A program made the position numbers and the translations under genes. The notes under the pieces were generated by a model. It worked only from the letters and a program-made list of their open reading frames with translations. It had not been told where the DNA came from and searched no databases. A DNA stretch of 64,000 nt. It comes from Utricularia gibba (taxonomy: Eukaryota > Plantae > Magnoliophyta). Shown one piece after another: positions 13,101 through 25,835 of the stretch. Numbering within the stretch: the stretch's first letter is position 1; every line of letters starts with the position of its first letter. The stretch is taken from positions 1,302,001 through 1,366,000 of the forward strand of contig NEEC01000007.1 in the NCBI GenBank assembly GCA_002189035.1, read 5' to 3'.

Positions 13101-13460
13101 TCTGCATTTCTGTAATCACTTCCCTCCTCAGGCGGCTGAATCAAGAGGATCAACCATGACCCATTTGCTCCAGCTATCCGGTCGACTGCAACTTGTTTCA
13201 GCTCAGGTCAATTCTTGATTCACATCGTAGGATTCCATGCTCCATATTTTCTTAATTTATCTGGGATTCATTCTCTGCCTCGGAAACAGGTCGACAAGGC
13301 ATCCAACAATGGAACTCTTTCAGTAAATCAGAAAGACGAAGTTCACAAAAGTGAAGATGTTGATGAAGATGAGGAGGACGCAGAAGAAGATACTGTTGAG
13401 GATGTTTATGGGGTTGAAGATCTTTCTGAGATAAGTAGTGACGACGCTGGGGACGAGTAA
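10118..13460 (+). CDS. UTP5: WD40 protein with C-terminal Utp12-type domain (WDR43/UTP5, SSU processome)
   Basis: Exon 1 10118-10207 encodes MAPSSIRDVLVSFSPSLDLFAITVGDGRIK. Further exons could be followed in frame (QKFSGHP, VLPWIYSLLLHH, LLQLSGRLQLV) to an acidic C-terminus and TAA at 13458-13460. Confidence 0.85.
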
Positions 13461-13786
13461 ATGTCGCTACACAGGAAGAGCAATACATTTTGCTTTACAA
13501 GCTTATTTTTATGATCAAATCGCCAATCAAGGCAAGTTTTGGTTTCACAGATAGTCTCTTGGCATGTGATTTCAAGTATTTAAAACAGCATATCAATTAA
13601 GAATTCATCTACATTGAAAAGGAACAGGAAGCATTTGGTGTGAACATGAACAAAAATTTATTAATGTTTGTAGATGATGATGGTAGTAGTGAATGCCACA
13701 AGGAAATATCAGGCAGCAGCATTCTGTGTACAGCAACGAGATAAAATATCCTAAAGAATCAAGAAATGCGTATCGAAAATGTTTTG

Positions 13787-15908
13787 CTATTGTTGCAGAG
13801 ACAACAAAACAGCCATGAAAAGCAGAAAGAAGGCGAATGGTGCAGGAAACACCAGTTTGTAGGAGCTACTGGGAATGAAAGTTGGCAGAGAGCATTCTTC
13901 GCCATTGAAGTAAACCTTGGAAGGGAATCCATCTCCAGCAGCCACATTGATTCCAGGGGTCAGTCTTTTGTTGAAAGAGATCACAGACTGCTGCGTACCA
14001 GGATTAGGAGGACTGCGAGGATTCGAAGCATTCGTCTCCCCCAAAATGTAGTTCAATCCTGGGCGACCCTGCATGACAATGGTGTTGCTGTGTATGTTGT
14101 TCATCAGGCTTCCATTGAAGGAGTAGACAGCTTGGAAGCCTGGGGCTGCCCTTTCAAGTTCCACTGCTGTGAACCAATCGGGGAAGGCTTCATGTTCCCA
14201 GTTGAAAATGGTGATCCTGGCGGACCAGCCATTGTTGTAGTCAGTGGCGAGATGCCAGTTGATGCTCACACCGCAGTTGTCCCCACAGGGCAGGGGAGTA
14301 GGAACTGGGAAACGATGAAGATTCCCCCATGCTCGAGCCAAATCCGAACGGTTTTCGAATGGAATAAGAAGGGCCTGAGATGGAAGAAGCAGTGCAGTAG
14401 CAGACGCACTGCAGGTCTGGGCAGTACTAGCAGGGCAACCACAGGCACAAGTCTGGCAGGGAACAATGGATTCATTGAAGTATGCTGAAAAAGACACACA
14501 GCATCTTGGTCTTGATTGAGGTGGCTTTGTGATGTTGCAGACGACTTGCCAGCTCGAAATGGCGGCAGAATCAGGTAAAAGATCACTCGGGTCTGGGAAC
14601 AAGCTCGGGCTGACTCGAACTGGCGGTCCACAGACATAATCTGGATTGAGCCTCCCCTGAATCGCCCAGTTTTGCGGCGGCGTAAGCAGGGACCGGTTCA
14701 GGTTCGGTGGCATCTTGAAAACATTGATCTGAAACGAGGATCTCGCCCGGCTCGGATCCATCCAAGGAGGCAAGATTGTTCCATTTCTACAACAGTATGG
14801 GACCATGCCAACATTACTGTTGTTTGTAGCAGCTAGAGGCAAGTCCATAAGAGTTGGTCTTCTCTCACAGTTCAATGCAGTTGCAAAATCAAGACCCTGG
14901 TAATGCTGACCCTGAACTCCTTGAACACATTCTGAGACATCAATCACAGAAGGATAAGCACCTCGCATTGCATATATGAACTCATCCTCCATCCAATCCC
15001 AGCTCAGCTCCCAGTTATCTAGTCTACCAAGAGGATTGTGATTCTCAATTGTGACCTGAGCCCAGTAGTTGGATTCATATGTTCTTGTCACATCGTACAG
15101 TATTGTAAGATCTCCATTCTGTCGGGGAGAAACCCGTTGCCTAAGCTCACGGTTGAGTTGAAGATGGGATCTCGAGTGCAACACACTTGCATAGTAGTAT
15201 TCCCTGCAGCAAGAAGAAAGGGTCAAGATTCAGAATGAAAGAACAGTGAAGTCAACGATGAGAACCCCATACAGCACAATTTCATTCGACAACCACCCTT
15301 TCTCCGATGATCAAGTCTCGAAGAAGAGAAAGAAAGAACGGGAAGGGAGAAAGGAAAGAAACGAGACCTTGCATACGAGGTCGGGGGCAAACCCATCCAT
15401 CATTGAGCAACGAGATGTTCGCCGGTAGAGGAACCGCCGGGGGGGCCACACCAAACTGGGCTCCTACCAAATCTACCTGAACGCTCATCTGGGTCAAGTC
15501 CCCAGCTGTTTGAATAGCTGTTTGCAAATCCGGATTTGGGTATCCGGCGAAAACAGCGCCGCCTCCAACAGTCGCTGGAATTGAACTCCCATTGGTGAGC
15601 ACTGCGTTGGAAGCGGAAACCAAGTACTCATTGTGCTGAAACCCTACAAAAACCCGCCACGACTGGAGCTCCGCCAAATCGTTGTTAAGTATCAATAGCG
15701 ACGATTGAAAGCGATAAGGCTGGCTGGCGGGATTTGAACGAAGATCTGGGGGCAACACCCTCCCGCCCGTGTACTGATACGAAACAAATATCCCGTTGCA
15801 GGAGTCGGACGCCGGCGCTTGACGGCTCTGTGGTTGTGCCACCGTTCCAGCAAGCGCCATTAAACAGAGTACCGAGGAAAAGAAAACAGAGGCGGCGGAG
15901 ACGGCCAT
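13787..15908 (-). CDS. COBL: COBRA-like GPI-anchored protein (COBL7-type) with an apparent 1-bp frameshift at about 15125
   Basis: Exon 1 15908-15368 (signal peptide), exon 2 from 15203. [23 protein letters not shown] motif and hydrophobic GPI tail. The QVCC..DP..FLP frame switches to [12 protein letters not shown] at a C4 run. Confidence 0.9.
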
Positions 15909-16822
15909 GGTGGGACCAAGTCCGGCTGCTAATAGAAATCGCGGTTTGAATCGGCAACGGGCGGAGAGAAAAGAAAAGGAGAGAGTAGATGAATCAGCAC
16001 AACTCCCTATAAATAAAGAAAAAGAGAAACAGAGAGAGATGAAAAAAACAATGGACTACGGAAGCCGTTCCGTTGCACCACTGGGTGCCGGTGGCAAGAC
16101 AAGGCCCAGAAGTCTCTCTCAAACGCGGAAGACACGTACGCAACTGGAGCCAGCTCAGCCTCGCTCTCCGGTCAGACGTTGAAATAATCCAATCTCCGTG
16201 TTTTGCTGAATTGGTATAAACCCAGACACATAGGGAATGTTTTTTCTACCGCCCTACAATAACCCAGTCGGAGAATCAAAACGGAGAAGACAATAAACCT
16301 TTGGTGTTGCCTCGTTACAGCACCACCGGAATGCCATGCGATTGCCTTCCCATCTCGAAAAAGTGCCCCCTTTTTTGCAAGACGACAGTTTTCCCGGTGG
16401 GGGCGCACAGGAAGCAAAGGTCCAAGTTCAAAAACTTTTCAAGCAGCGCCGTCGCATCAGTACATTCCACCCACCCACCCCGCCGTTTGAAATTTTGAAA
16501 TTCGAACGCCGGCTGACAGCAAGGCACACAACGTTCCGGGGAGAGTATTGGGCTCGGGCTTCATTATTGGGCCAGGAAGGAGCAATGCACCATCATCCTC
16601 AAACATCTCAATATGCATGTTGTACCTTTCCATTAATACTAGGTTTATTCATGAGTCTTGCATTAATGGTACTTTCCATTTTTAGAGTCTGTTGAATTCA
16701 GACCGGGCGGTTCGAACCGGTCAGGAACTCCGGCGACTGCAACAGGCGTTCATTAAATAAGAAGGGAACTTACGGGAAGCAATTAAAGAGACAAATGGCA
16801 CCTAAAACTACTACTGCGAGGA

Positions 16823-17426
16823 TTAGAAGCAAGCAGAAGCGTAGACAGAGCCACAAGACAAGGCCATCAACAAAAAAGCTGCTTGTTCTTCTTCCCCGAA
16901 TTTCCTTCTCCGCTTGGTGTTGGATCTTGGCCTCTGCAGTTGCCCGCAGAAGCCATCTCCACTGCTGCTGTTGCTTTTCGCCATCCAAATCCTGCCCTTC
17001 TTCACTTCTTTCGTGACACCCATTAAAGCTCTTCTCTTCTTCCTGCTCCTGATCCCACACGCGTTGCAGAGTGACTGGGAAGAACAAGAGATGGGATCAG
17101 ACCAGACTCCAAAGCAAGATCCAAAACCACAAGGAAACAGAGCACTGTAAATCACGAGAAAATGGGAGCTGATGGGAGACCTTGGGGCCAGAGGGACCGC
17201 CTCGCCAGAGTGGAGTTTTTGAGGTACCGCAATCAGCACAAGTTTTGATAATCGAGCTGTCGGACTCAGGGTTACCGATCCACCACTAGTGTCCTCGCAT
17301 TCCGAACCCTGAAATCAGTCCATGGGTTTCAAGTTTCAGGATGATGAACAATGTAAGCTTCTAGGAAAATCCACAAGGCGAAAAAAAAAAAACAGAGTAG
17401 AGCAGTACTTTGTCACTGAGATCCAT
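16823..17426 (-). CDS. B-class LLM-domain GATA transcription factor (GATA15/16-like)
   Basis: Exons 17426-17409, 17308-17181, 17074-16823. [27 protein letters not shown] zinc finger and EEEQAAFLLMALSCGSVYA LLM motif. Confidence 0.92.
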
Positions 17427-18820
17427 AGTTGAGAGCAACCGATTTCGAAGATCCAATCCAACCCTCGCTCCAATCCTCCAGTGAACGCCTTGAAAACCCC
17501 AACTTGGCTCCCGAAAGACCCTGTTTTTACACGATCAAAGCAGCAATGGCGAGAAACAAGGAGGAGGCTTATATCCGGAAACCCAGATCACGAAACACCA
17601 TAGAAAAGGAGGATATTTAACTAGAAGCAGTGCCGCTCCGTATCCGAATTCCTAGAACCATTCATCAAGCAGACAAAGACGATTTTAGTTGAAAGGCTGG
17701 GAGTGAAGCAAGTTTTGGGTAAGATTTGAGAGATGAAACGAAGGGGCTGGTTGCAAAATAAATTCCACGGAGGGGCTGATTCATAAATGGTATTTTATTC
17801 AGGAGGGCGCCGGGAACGGGAAAAGACGCAAAAGGGCACAATTCCCCTTGCCTCCATCGCCAATTTTGAGAAACAGAACACGGGGGTAATTTCGGCAAAG
17901 CAGGCCAATAAAACTTTTGGTGTTTGCCGCCATTCAATATTAGGGTTCCTCTTAGCCTGCCAATCTGGCCGCCGCAGTTTTGACCTAAAGCAGTCAGCGG
18001 CGTGAATTCAAAAATCCAATTTCTCTAAATATTTTATTCCCCAAAATCTATTTCCCTAATTAAAAAAAAAAAAACAAACAAACCAACCAAAAGAGAGGAA
18101 AAAAGACTAGTAAGTTGAATCGCAATAGTTGACTTATGTGACTGTATTATAAAAGTGGGCACACTTTGTGATTATGTGAGAAAATTGATCAAATATATAA
18201 AAAATTGATCATAATATGTGGAATAGCTTTACTTTTCTAAATGTCATTAACTTCCGTTAGTTAAGCCACAGTATTAATAAATTTTCCATGAATATGTTAA
18301 AAATTGATTTAATAAATTACCCAATTAATCTATTATATGATTCCATTATTCCCATATTTGATTTGCTTTGTTAACAGCATTTAAATTTGTAGACGTCCCA
18401 CAATCTTTTAACATTGAAATATCTGTGATTAGATTTTTATAATACTTAATTAATAGTTAATATATTTATAATTCATATATATTAAATTCTTTTTAATCAC
18501 CAGGGGAAATTAATAACCAAGCAAGGGGAGAAAAAAGAGATGATTAAAGAATTATTAAAAAGGGGATATGATGGGCGCAAAATGAAAGGGACTTGTCGTG
18601 AAACAATTTTGTACCCTTGTAGAGTGAGAGACGGGGAGGTGACAGCGACAACACGGGGACATGGGGCCCACTGAATTACTGCTGCCAGCTGGACCGAACC
18701 CCATCCCGAAGACGCAAAATATTCCGGGGATAGGGATGAAACCGATTTTAAAACGGTTGGTGGACCAAGGCCGGGTGAAGGGACTCGAGCCGGCCTTACA
18801 GGACCGGCCGGTTCATCGGA

Positions 18821-21362
18821 TTACGGTATTCGGTGTGGTACGGCGGGGAGGGAGGAGTTGGCTCGGGTCGTCCCCTCCTCCAGCCAATATGTCTCCAGCA
18901 GCTTCGCTGCCTGGTCATGGATTTCTTTGTTTTCGTGGCTCTGGAGGGCCTCCAACTTCTCCAGACCTCCTGCTTCATCTACGAGGAGTGCAAAGTAATT
19001 GCCGTCTGGATTATCTGCCGCCCCGGCTTTCAGAATGTTTCTCAGGCCCTCCATCACACAGTTGACGATTCTTGGATCAGGGCAAAGAAGGAGATCGCAT
19101 AAGGGCTTTATGCACTCCTGCTTCACCAAGTACCTACAAGAAAAGTCATGTAATATGCCAGAGCGCAGAGCTGTGAATGAGTGTAGGTGCAAAAAGGTAG
19201 AAAAGGAATACGATATTTGCTCATGGGTTCCTCCGGATGTGGCATTTGAGATAGCCCATGCGGCCTCTTTCTTTATGTCAAATTCAGCAGTGAGTAGTAA
19301 ATTGACCAGGGGAGGGATTAAACCAGCATCAATTACAGCCTGCCATCACCAGTTCGTTTTGTTTAAACATAGGGTATGGCATTTAAGAACAATGAAAGAT
19401 GATTCCATCACCTGTATTTGGCCTTGGCTTCCAGTAGTGATGTTTGAGACCGCCCAGCAAACTTCTTTCTTGATGCTCTTTTTATGATGGTGAGTCAACA
19501 GGGTTGTGAAGCATGGAAGTGCTTCGTTATCAATGACATGCTGCAGGCCATATTACTGCAGTCTATGAGGAACAAGAAAATTCCAGTGCAGTAGACAAAT
19601 CAAACAAGTATTGATCGTACCAAATTAATACTAATAATAACTGTTTTCATGCTATGTATACATAGTAGCATCATAGTCTGTTAAAAGCCAAATATTAGAA
19701 CTTCACCTCAGTTTGTATGTCGTCACCAGTGACAATGTTTCCCACAGTACGAAGTGCAGGGATGAGCACCAAAGGAGAGGGATGGCTAGAAAAATCAATT
19801 CAATACCGAACACATCAGCAAGGATAGACATATAGTACACATAATGCAAACATAAACTCACAGGAGAAGCTCTACAAGTCGTTTACAAACACCTGACTCA
19901 ATAACAGCTTGAATTTTATCATTTGCACCATCAGAAAGATAAGAAAGGGCCCAGCACGCATCTGTAAGGACTTCTTCATCATTTGAATAAATAAATTGTT
20001 TCAGGGCTGGAACAGCAAGCCTTACCTAGCATGGGTAGTGCATAAGCAAAGGTGACAAAACACTAAGCAAATGTACGAAATAGAATCACAAGAGTAATAA
20101 ACCCAAACTATGGTCGAAGGGAATACCAGCTCAAAAGGAGGTTGAGGCTTGCCTCTGCAGAAGTTGGATAATGTCCAGGTAGTATTTCTCAGCATAGATA
20201 GCCTAGAATACCCATTCAACTGTGTGAGCAAAGGAATCAAGGCACCATGTCCAAGGACAAGGTCACGATGTTTGGGAGAATCACCGGCGACATTACCTAG
20301 TGCCCACACAGCCTATTCATAACATAGTGTTTCATTATGTGAATGCTATCAATGCTAGTCTAAAATATACTTCAGTACCTGTTCACGAACATCATCGTTG
20401 GGTGAACCCAACAGACGTATAAAAACAGGGACAGCTCCATGATCGATAACCACCTTCGTGTGCTCAGACGTACCAGAGGCAACATTTGTAAGTGCCCAAG
20501 CAGCCTCAAACTGCAGTATGTTCATACTTGTCACACATAAGCCAACAGAATTTAAAATCAGCTGAAAAGAGATCGTGACCTGAAGCTGGGGAAAATCTTC
20601 CCGGGAAAGAAATTCAACGAATCTAGGAACAACAGCTGATTGAATCACTTCATCAATCGGGTGGCTTTTCTCTGTAATCAAATAAAAGGACAAGAAAAGC
20701 CTGTATACATGAAGAACCAAAAGTTTGAAGAACAATGACGGGTCTAACTATTTAAGATAAGAACAATGCTGGACGAAGTAAAGAAGATCAACCAGTTGAA
20801 AGCAATTTCCGGAACTGCATCATTGCTTCTAGCTGCAAATTTTTATCGTTTGACCAGACCCCATCAACCATGGAAGGTAAAATCTCCAACTGCTCTTCCA
20901 AAATAAACACAAAACAGAAAATCTCAGAATAAACACTAGCCATATGCTACGCTACACAACCCAAACCATGACATTCTGTGATCATCAATTCAAAGAAATC
21001 AAAACCGGTGGGTCTCAATAGAATCCTTCGCTAATTGCATCATCCACGACATGATAAACATAGGCATCATCTCATACACCAATAAGGAAGGAACCAAAAA
21101 ACATGCTCTCAAGTCTCAACAACTTGCATTTACCATTCGCTCATTTCACCTTTTTCCCGAGCGTCGAAGAGTTGAGAGAGGCGGAAACTTGCTGAGGCTC
21201 CTGCACTTCCTCTCTTCTTTTCTTGAGCAAACTCTCCTCCCGCTTACTCTTCCGTATCTCGACCATATGATCCCCTCTCCTTCTTCGGCCTTCATCCGCA
21301 TCGACACCGACCTTGTAGCGGCTCCGCCGCACCTCCACCTTACCGCCTGGCCGCAAAGACAT
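18821..21362 (-). CDS. IMPA: Importin subunit alpha
   Basis: Ten exons traced. IBB domain ([23 protein letters not shown]) and ARM repeats ([38 protein letters not shown]). The last about 15 codons may be frameshifted. Confidence 0.95.
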
Positions 21363-23833
21363 CTTTCCAGATGGAACCCTACACAACTACGACGGACAAA
21401 AAGTTACCAGACCAAAATTCACCGTCGGCCCGCCACAAATCAACACACATGTGAAGCAATTAATTACCAACTGCTTCCGCGTGCTTCTGGTTCCTCCTCA
21501 GCCGGTTCCACATTTTCATCCAAATTGCATTTTTGCCCTGTTTTTATTCCATTTTTCGTTTTGCACCCGCCGTTTCATCCAAATTGCGTTCATATCCACT
21601 AGAATTATCATTTTCAACCAAAAAAGAATATTTATCAAAACTTTATTTTCCAAAACAAAAAACTGGATTCTGCATCTTATTAAAAATAAAAAAAACACTT
21701 TTAGATTTTTATTTTTTAAAATAAAAAATCTCTTGCATTTATTCTCGAAATTAATTATATAATGTTCTATCATTAGCATAAATTAGTGCCTTTTGATAGT
21801 ATAATATTGAAGATTTATATAGAAATTTGATTATAAACTGTTGTTCGATTAACTAGTATATGTATGTTATTCTTGTATAATTATATCATTCACATACTTA
21901 TTTTTTAAACAATCGTATGGTATACACAAATGAAATGATAGCTAATTATATCTATACCAAAATATGTTTTCTCAAATATTTGATAGTATAGTATAGAAAA
22001 TCTTAATTATATTATATTTAAACATTCTATTAATCAAACGACCTTCAAATTTGGAAGTTATCCACTATATATTATCCATGATATTTAAAAAATAACAATG
22101 ACCAGAAAATATATCAAAGATTGAGGAAACATGGGAGTTACTTTGAAGAATGGATATTTCCATTTTTGTGTGTGTGTAAAAAATGGACATCATTAATAAT
22201 AACAACATTTAGGATATGTGTGTAAGAGATGTATGGTGTATGAGCAATAATTGCAAGAAGAGCAGGAGGCTCTTTAAAAAAATGGAAGTGAATCTATGGG
22301 GATGAGCTGAGATCTACTGAAAGATTTGATAGATGTCATATCGGTAGATATAAGTTATTTAAACACATCCACTTGCGCCCATCTCATAATTGGACAGAGG
22401 GACTGCGGCTCTGGTGCCATTGTTGACTTTACCTTGTGTGTCCTCCTTGCCCAGCTGCTTGCTCTTCCAATGCCTCCTCATGGGTGTGAAGACAAGCCAT
22501 GGATGATGCTTGCTGTGGAGGAGCTGGAAGGGATGATGATGTTCTCCCGAATGCTGGAAGCAGGAGAGGTGAGGTAATGAATGGGTAGCTGGAGGATGAT
22601 CTGATCTGATCTGATCTGATTCGGGGGGTTCTGATTGTGGTGGTGGGGTTTTGGAGGAAGGATAAGTAGAGTGGAGTCCTGTGGTCATGTCTGCTGGGGT
22701 CGCGTCCAGGAAATCTGAGGCACTATTCCCTTTGACCCCAGCAGGGCTAGCCAATCTGAGCACCTCCAGATACACAGGATCGGCCAAGATTCCCTGTTAT
22801 GTGGGGCAAGATGAGAACTTGCAGCATGCAAAATATAATCTTTCTGAAAGAGAACATGGCACTTGGTAAGAAGCTGAGACAAAGTGAAAGATTATAATCA
22901 ACCTTTCTTTGGGTTTTCAGAAGTTCAAAGTAGTTTTCTTCCTTTCTTGGTATGATCCCACAGCAAGAACAAAGGCTAAAATGTTGGAAGGCTGACAGAA
23001 AGTAAGAAAACCCTAGGCTGGACTGAATGCCTATTTACTGAAGCACCCACCCTCAATAAGGGGTGCTGCTTGGGAACAACAGTAGCGAAGCAGCCCATGT
23101 GTGTCTGTCTACCCATGGGCACAGTTAACCAGTGTGAAATCGAATCTAGTTTATTTTGATGCCTCCTTCATTGACTAACCTGCAAGACAACAAGTCATGG
23201 GTCGGTCCTAATCACATGCACCAGACTAGATAAAGCGGCAATCAAGTTCGTACGTGGATTTGTAAGCATCTGCATTGCTAGAATGGGATGGCTCACCATC
23301 TTGGATCGCTGTCTCTAGTCACGAGCCGTGCGAACCCACGTCTCCTGACAAGAATACAAGGAGTTGCATAAGTAACAAGGGTAGACGAGTGAGTACCCTG
23401 ACAATGTTATTGGATCTACTATTATACTGAACCATAAACCCTAATAGCAAAACTAGAACCCATCACTCCCAACCTTATGCGTGTAAATGGACAAATTTTT
23501 TTCACGTGGAGAATACCATCTCTCGTTGTTTCTAAAATAGGAATAAAAAAAAAAAGAGGAGAAGTGTCCCGAATCTCAGTTGAGATCTTCTTTCATTTCA
23601 CAGGTTGAAATGGGACAAGTCACTGAACTTACCTAGAGGTGGAAGTACGTACGAGTTCGGCAAACTCTGAGTGAGTGATTGCTTTTTTCTTATGTGGGGC
23701 TCATGTTATCTGTCGCGTTTTGCTCTGAACACTGCACTTTTTTCTTCTTTCTCCCCTACATATAACACAGATGCATGATCATATTCTACCATGCTCCAGA
23801 GTAGTTCGTACTGCTGAAAACTAGAAACCAACA

Positions 23834-24334
23834 ATGGAGGAAGAATTGGAGAAGTTATCATCACCTTTGAGAGGTACACGTGAGCCACATCATTCATCTT
23901 CTTCCCGTGTAGTCAAACTCTTTGGTATTCCTGTCACAAAACTTCCGAGTGAGGGCAAGAAGTTTGACTGCCAACACTGCGGTCGAAAATTCACAAACTC
24001 GCAAGCATTAGGTGGCCATCAAAATGCACATAAGAAGGAGCGCCAGAGAGCTAAAAGAGCTAGTTTCATACAAGATCATTGGCGTCTACCCTCAGCGATC
24101 AATGCTGACCGAGCAGCAGGATCTGCGCTGGGTGCAGGGCTTCATATACATAATGACCAAGCTTCTCAATATGTTCCACAGGTTCTATCAGGCATGCCCC
24201 TGATGTACTCCGCTGAGATTATAGCTCGGGCACATATGCAGGCAGTTGACTACCGTGGCCGGAGTGAACCCCATATTGATGGACGAGGAATGGAAGATGT
24301 TAGTGACACAGTGGATGTTGATCTGCGTCTGTAA
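23834..24334 (+). CDS. Single C2H2 QALGGH zinc-finger protein (ZFP/GIS-like)
   Basis: [27 protein letters not shown] finger, N-terminal KLFG motif and C-terminal EAR-like DVDLRL; intronless. Confidence 0.93.
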   Translation: MEEELEKLSSPLRGTREPHHSSSSRVVKLFGIPVTKLPSEGKKFDCQHCGRKFTNSQALGGHQNAHKKERQRAKRASFIQDHWRLPSAINADRAAGSALGAGLHIHNDQASQYVPQVLSGMPLMYSAEIIARAHMQAVDYRGRSEPHIDGRGMEDVSDTVDVDLRL

Positions 24335-25102
24335 AATGATACTGTGTCTGCCATGTCCATTGTGGTTTTCAGAAGTCCCTTTTGCTATCACATACCATGC
24401 CTTGGAAATTCCCAGAATCAATGTCAAATATTTTCTAATTCTCCTGGTAACACAACATGATCATACAAAATAAATAAAGTCAGAGAAGTTCATGATTGTC
24501 CTCCAATTGCTTTTCCAAGTAGGGAAAGAAACATGAACCTGGTTTGCCCTTCACTGTTCGACAGAATGACCAAATGGGTTCAATCATTGGTTACCCCTTT
24601 TTTTCTCGTCTCAACGTTCCCCTCCGAAACCCAGATAACAACAGCAGAAGCATTTGAAATTAAGCTTATGAAATTCAAGCGAAAACACAAGCCACGATCC
24701 GCAACTCTTTCCGATGGGTGAAAACGACGACTATCCCACAATATTCACAGATCCGAGATTCGATCGGTGCCATGCACAATGTAAATGAGTTATTTTCCTA
24801 GAGCAAATTAGACAGATGAATCTGAGCCAGGCTTTGTCATACCTACCTAGAGCTTCACGCCATTCGTACGGCAGGGTGCAAATTCAAGAGACGCTCCATC
24901 TCCATGGTGACAGATTGCTGGGCCAACAAGGGAAAGAGTCTTGCTTTGGGCCCAATAACATATTTTGGGCCTTGAAAAAAGATAATCAGCCCAAGTTCAA
25001 CTAACGAGGGTTCTCCCAATTCCTAATGAATGCATTATTCTTGTACTTAGACGCATTAATTTTAAGATTAAATCATCATTAAATTATATTTTCAGAATCA
25101 TA

Positions 25103-25105
<3 letters not shown>

Positions 25106-25138
<33 letters not shown>
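25106..25138 (+). repeat. (TAA)11 microsatellite
   Basis: Direct reading. Confidence 0.95.
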
Positions 25139-25835
25139 GAGATTTGTAAAATGATGACGTAACACAAATTTATTTAATTAAAAATTACAAAAAATTCATT
25201 AATGAAAATAGAATTAAATAACTAACCTACTTTCTATTATTAAACTAGAATTGAAAACGGGGTATAGAGTTCGTCTGATGTAAATTATAGAAATCGGGGG
25301 TGGGGCCGACATTTCAATTGGGAATTTGAAATAATAGAGCCGTTACCTCTTGTCTGAACTCTTCCCTGTGAAACCGCATTCATTGCACCCTTTTGGTTGA
25401 AGGAATAAATAACACCATCGCCTTCATTCTTTTCTTTCATGATGTTCTCCAGCCCAACACAGCTCACACAATTCACGGAAAAATAAGCCACCTCTCTCGC
25501 TGGCGTCTGTTTCATGTAAGTTGCTTCTTGGGACTTGTTGTTTTCTGGGGAAAAAGAAGCTGCTTTGCTTGCTGTGATGCTACCGGAGGTGGGTGAATGC
25601 TGCGTTTTTCTACTTCAGTGAGGATGGGAATGAATGGGTTTCTTTGTGATCTTACTGTGCTTGGGCCTATATGCGGATTTCTCAAGTTTCATGCTTGCTG
25701 CTGCAGTGTTGTGATTTGTGAAGTTGTTTATTTCTTGTTTTGTTCTACACCAGAGCTGGTTTGGAAATGCTTGGATGTGAGCTGATTTCTATCATTCTGG
25801 GAGCTCGCTTGTTTTAGCTTCAATTCTTTTGAGAT

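Noticed and set aside
13766-14488. 240-aa + strand ORF
   Set aside because: Antisense shadow of the COBL exon.
16709-16718. GGTTCGAACC resembling a tRNA/SINE B box
   Set aside because: No A box, cloverleaf or tail; it is a short palindrome only.
22740-22790. ADPVYLEVLRLA resembling histone H2A (APVYL..EVLELA) or LOB (DPVY)
   Set aside because: The match is too short and the rest of the ORF does not fit either family.
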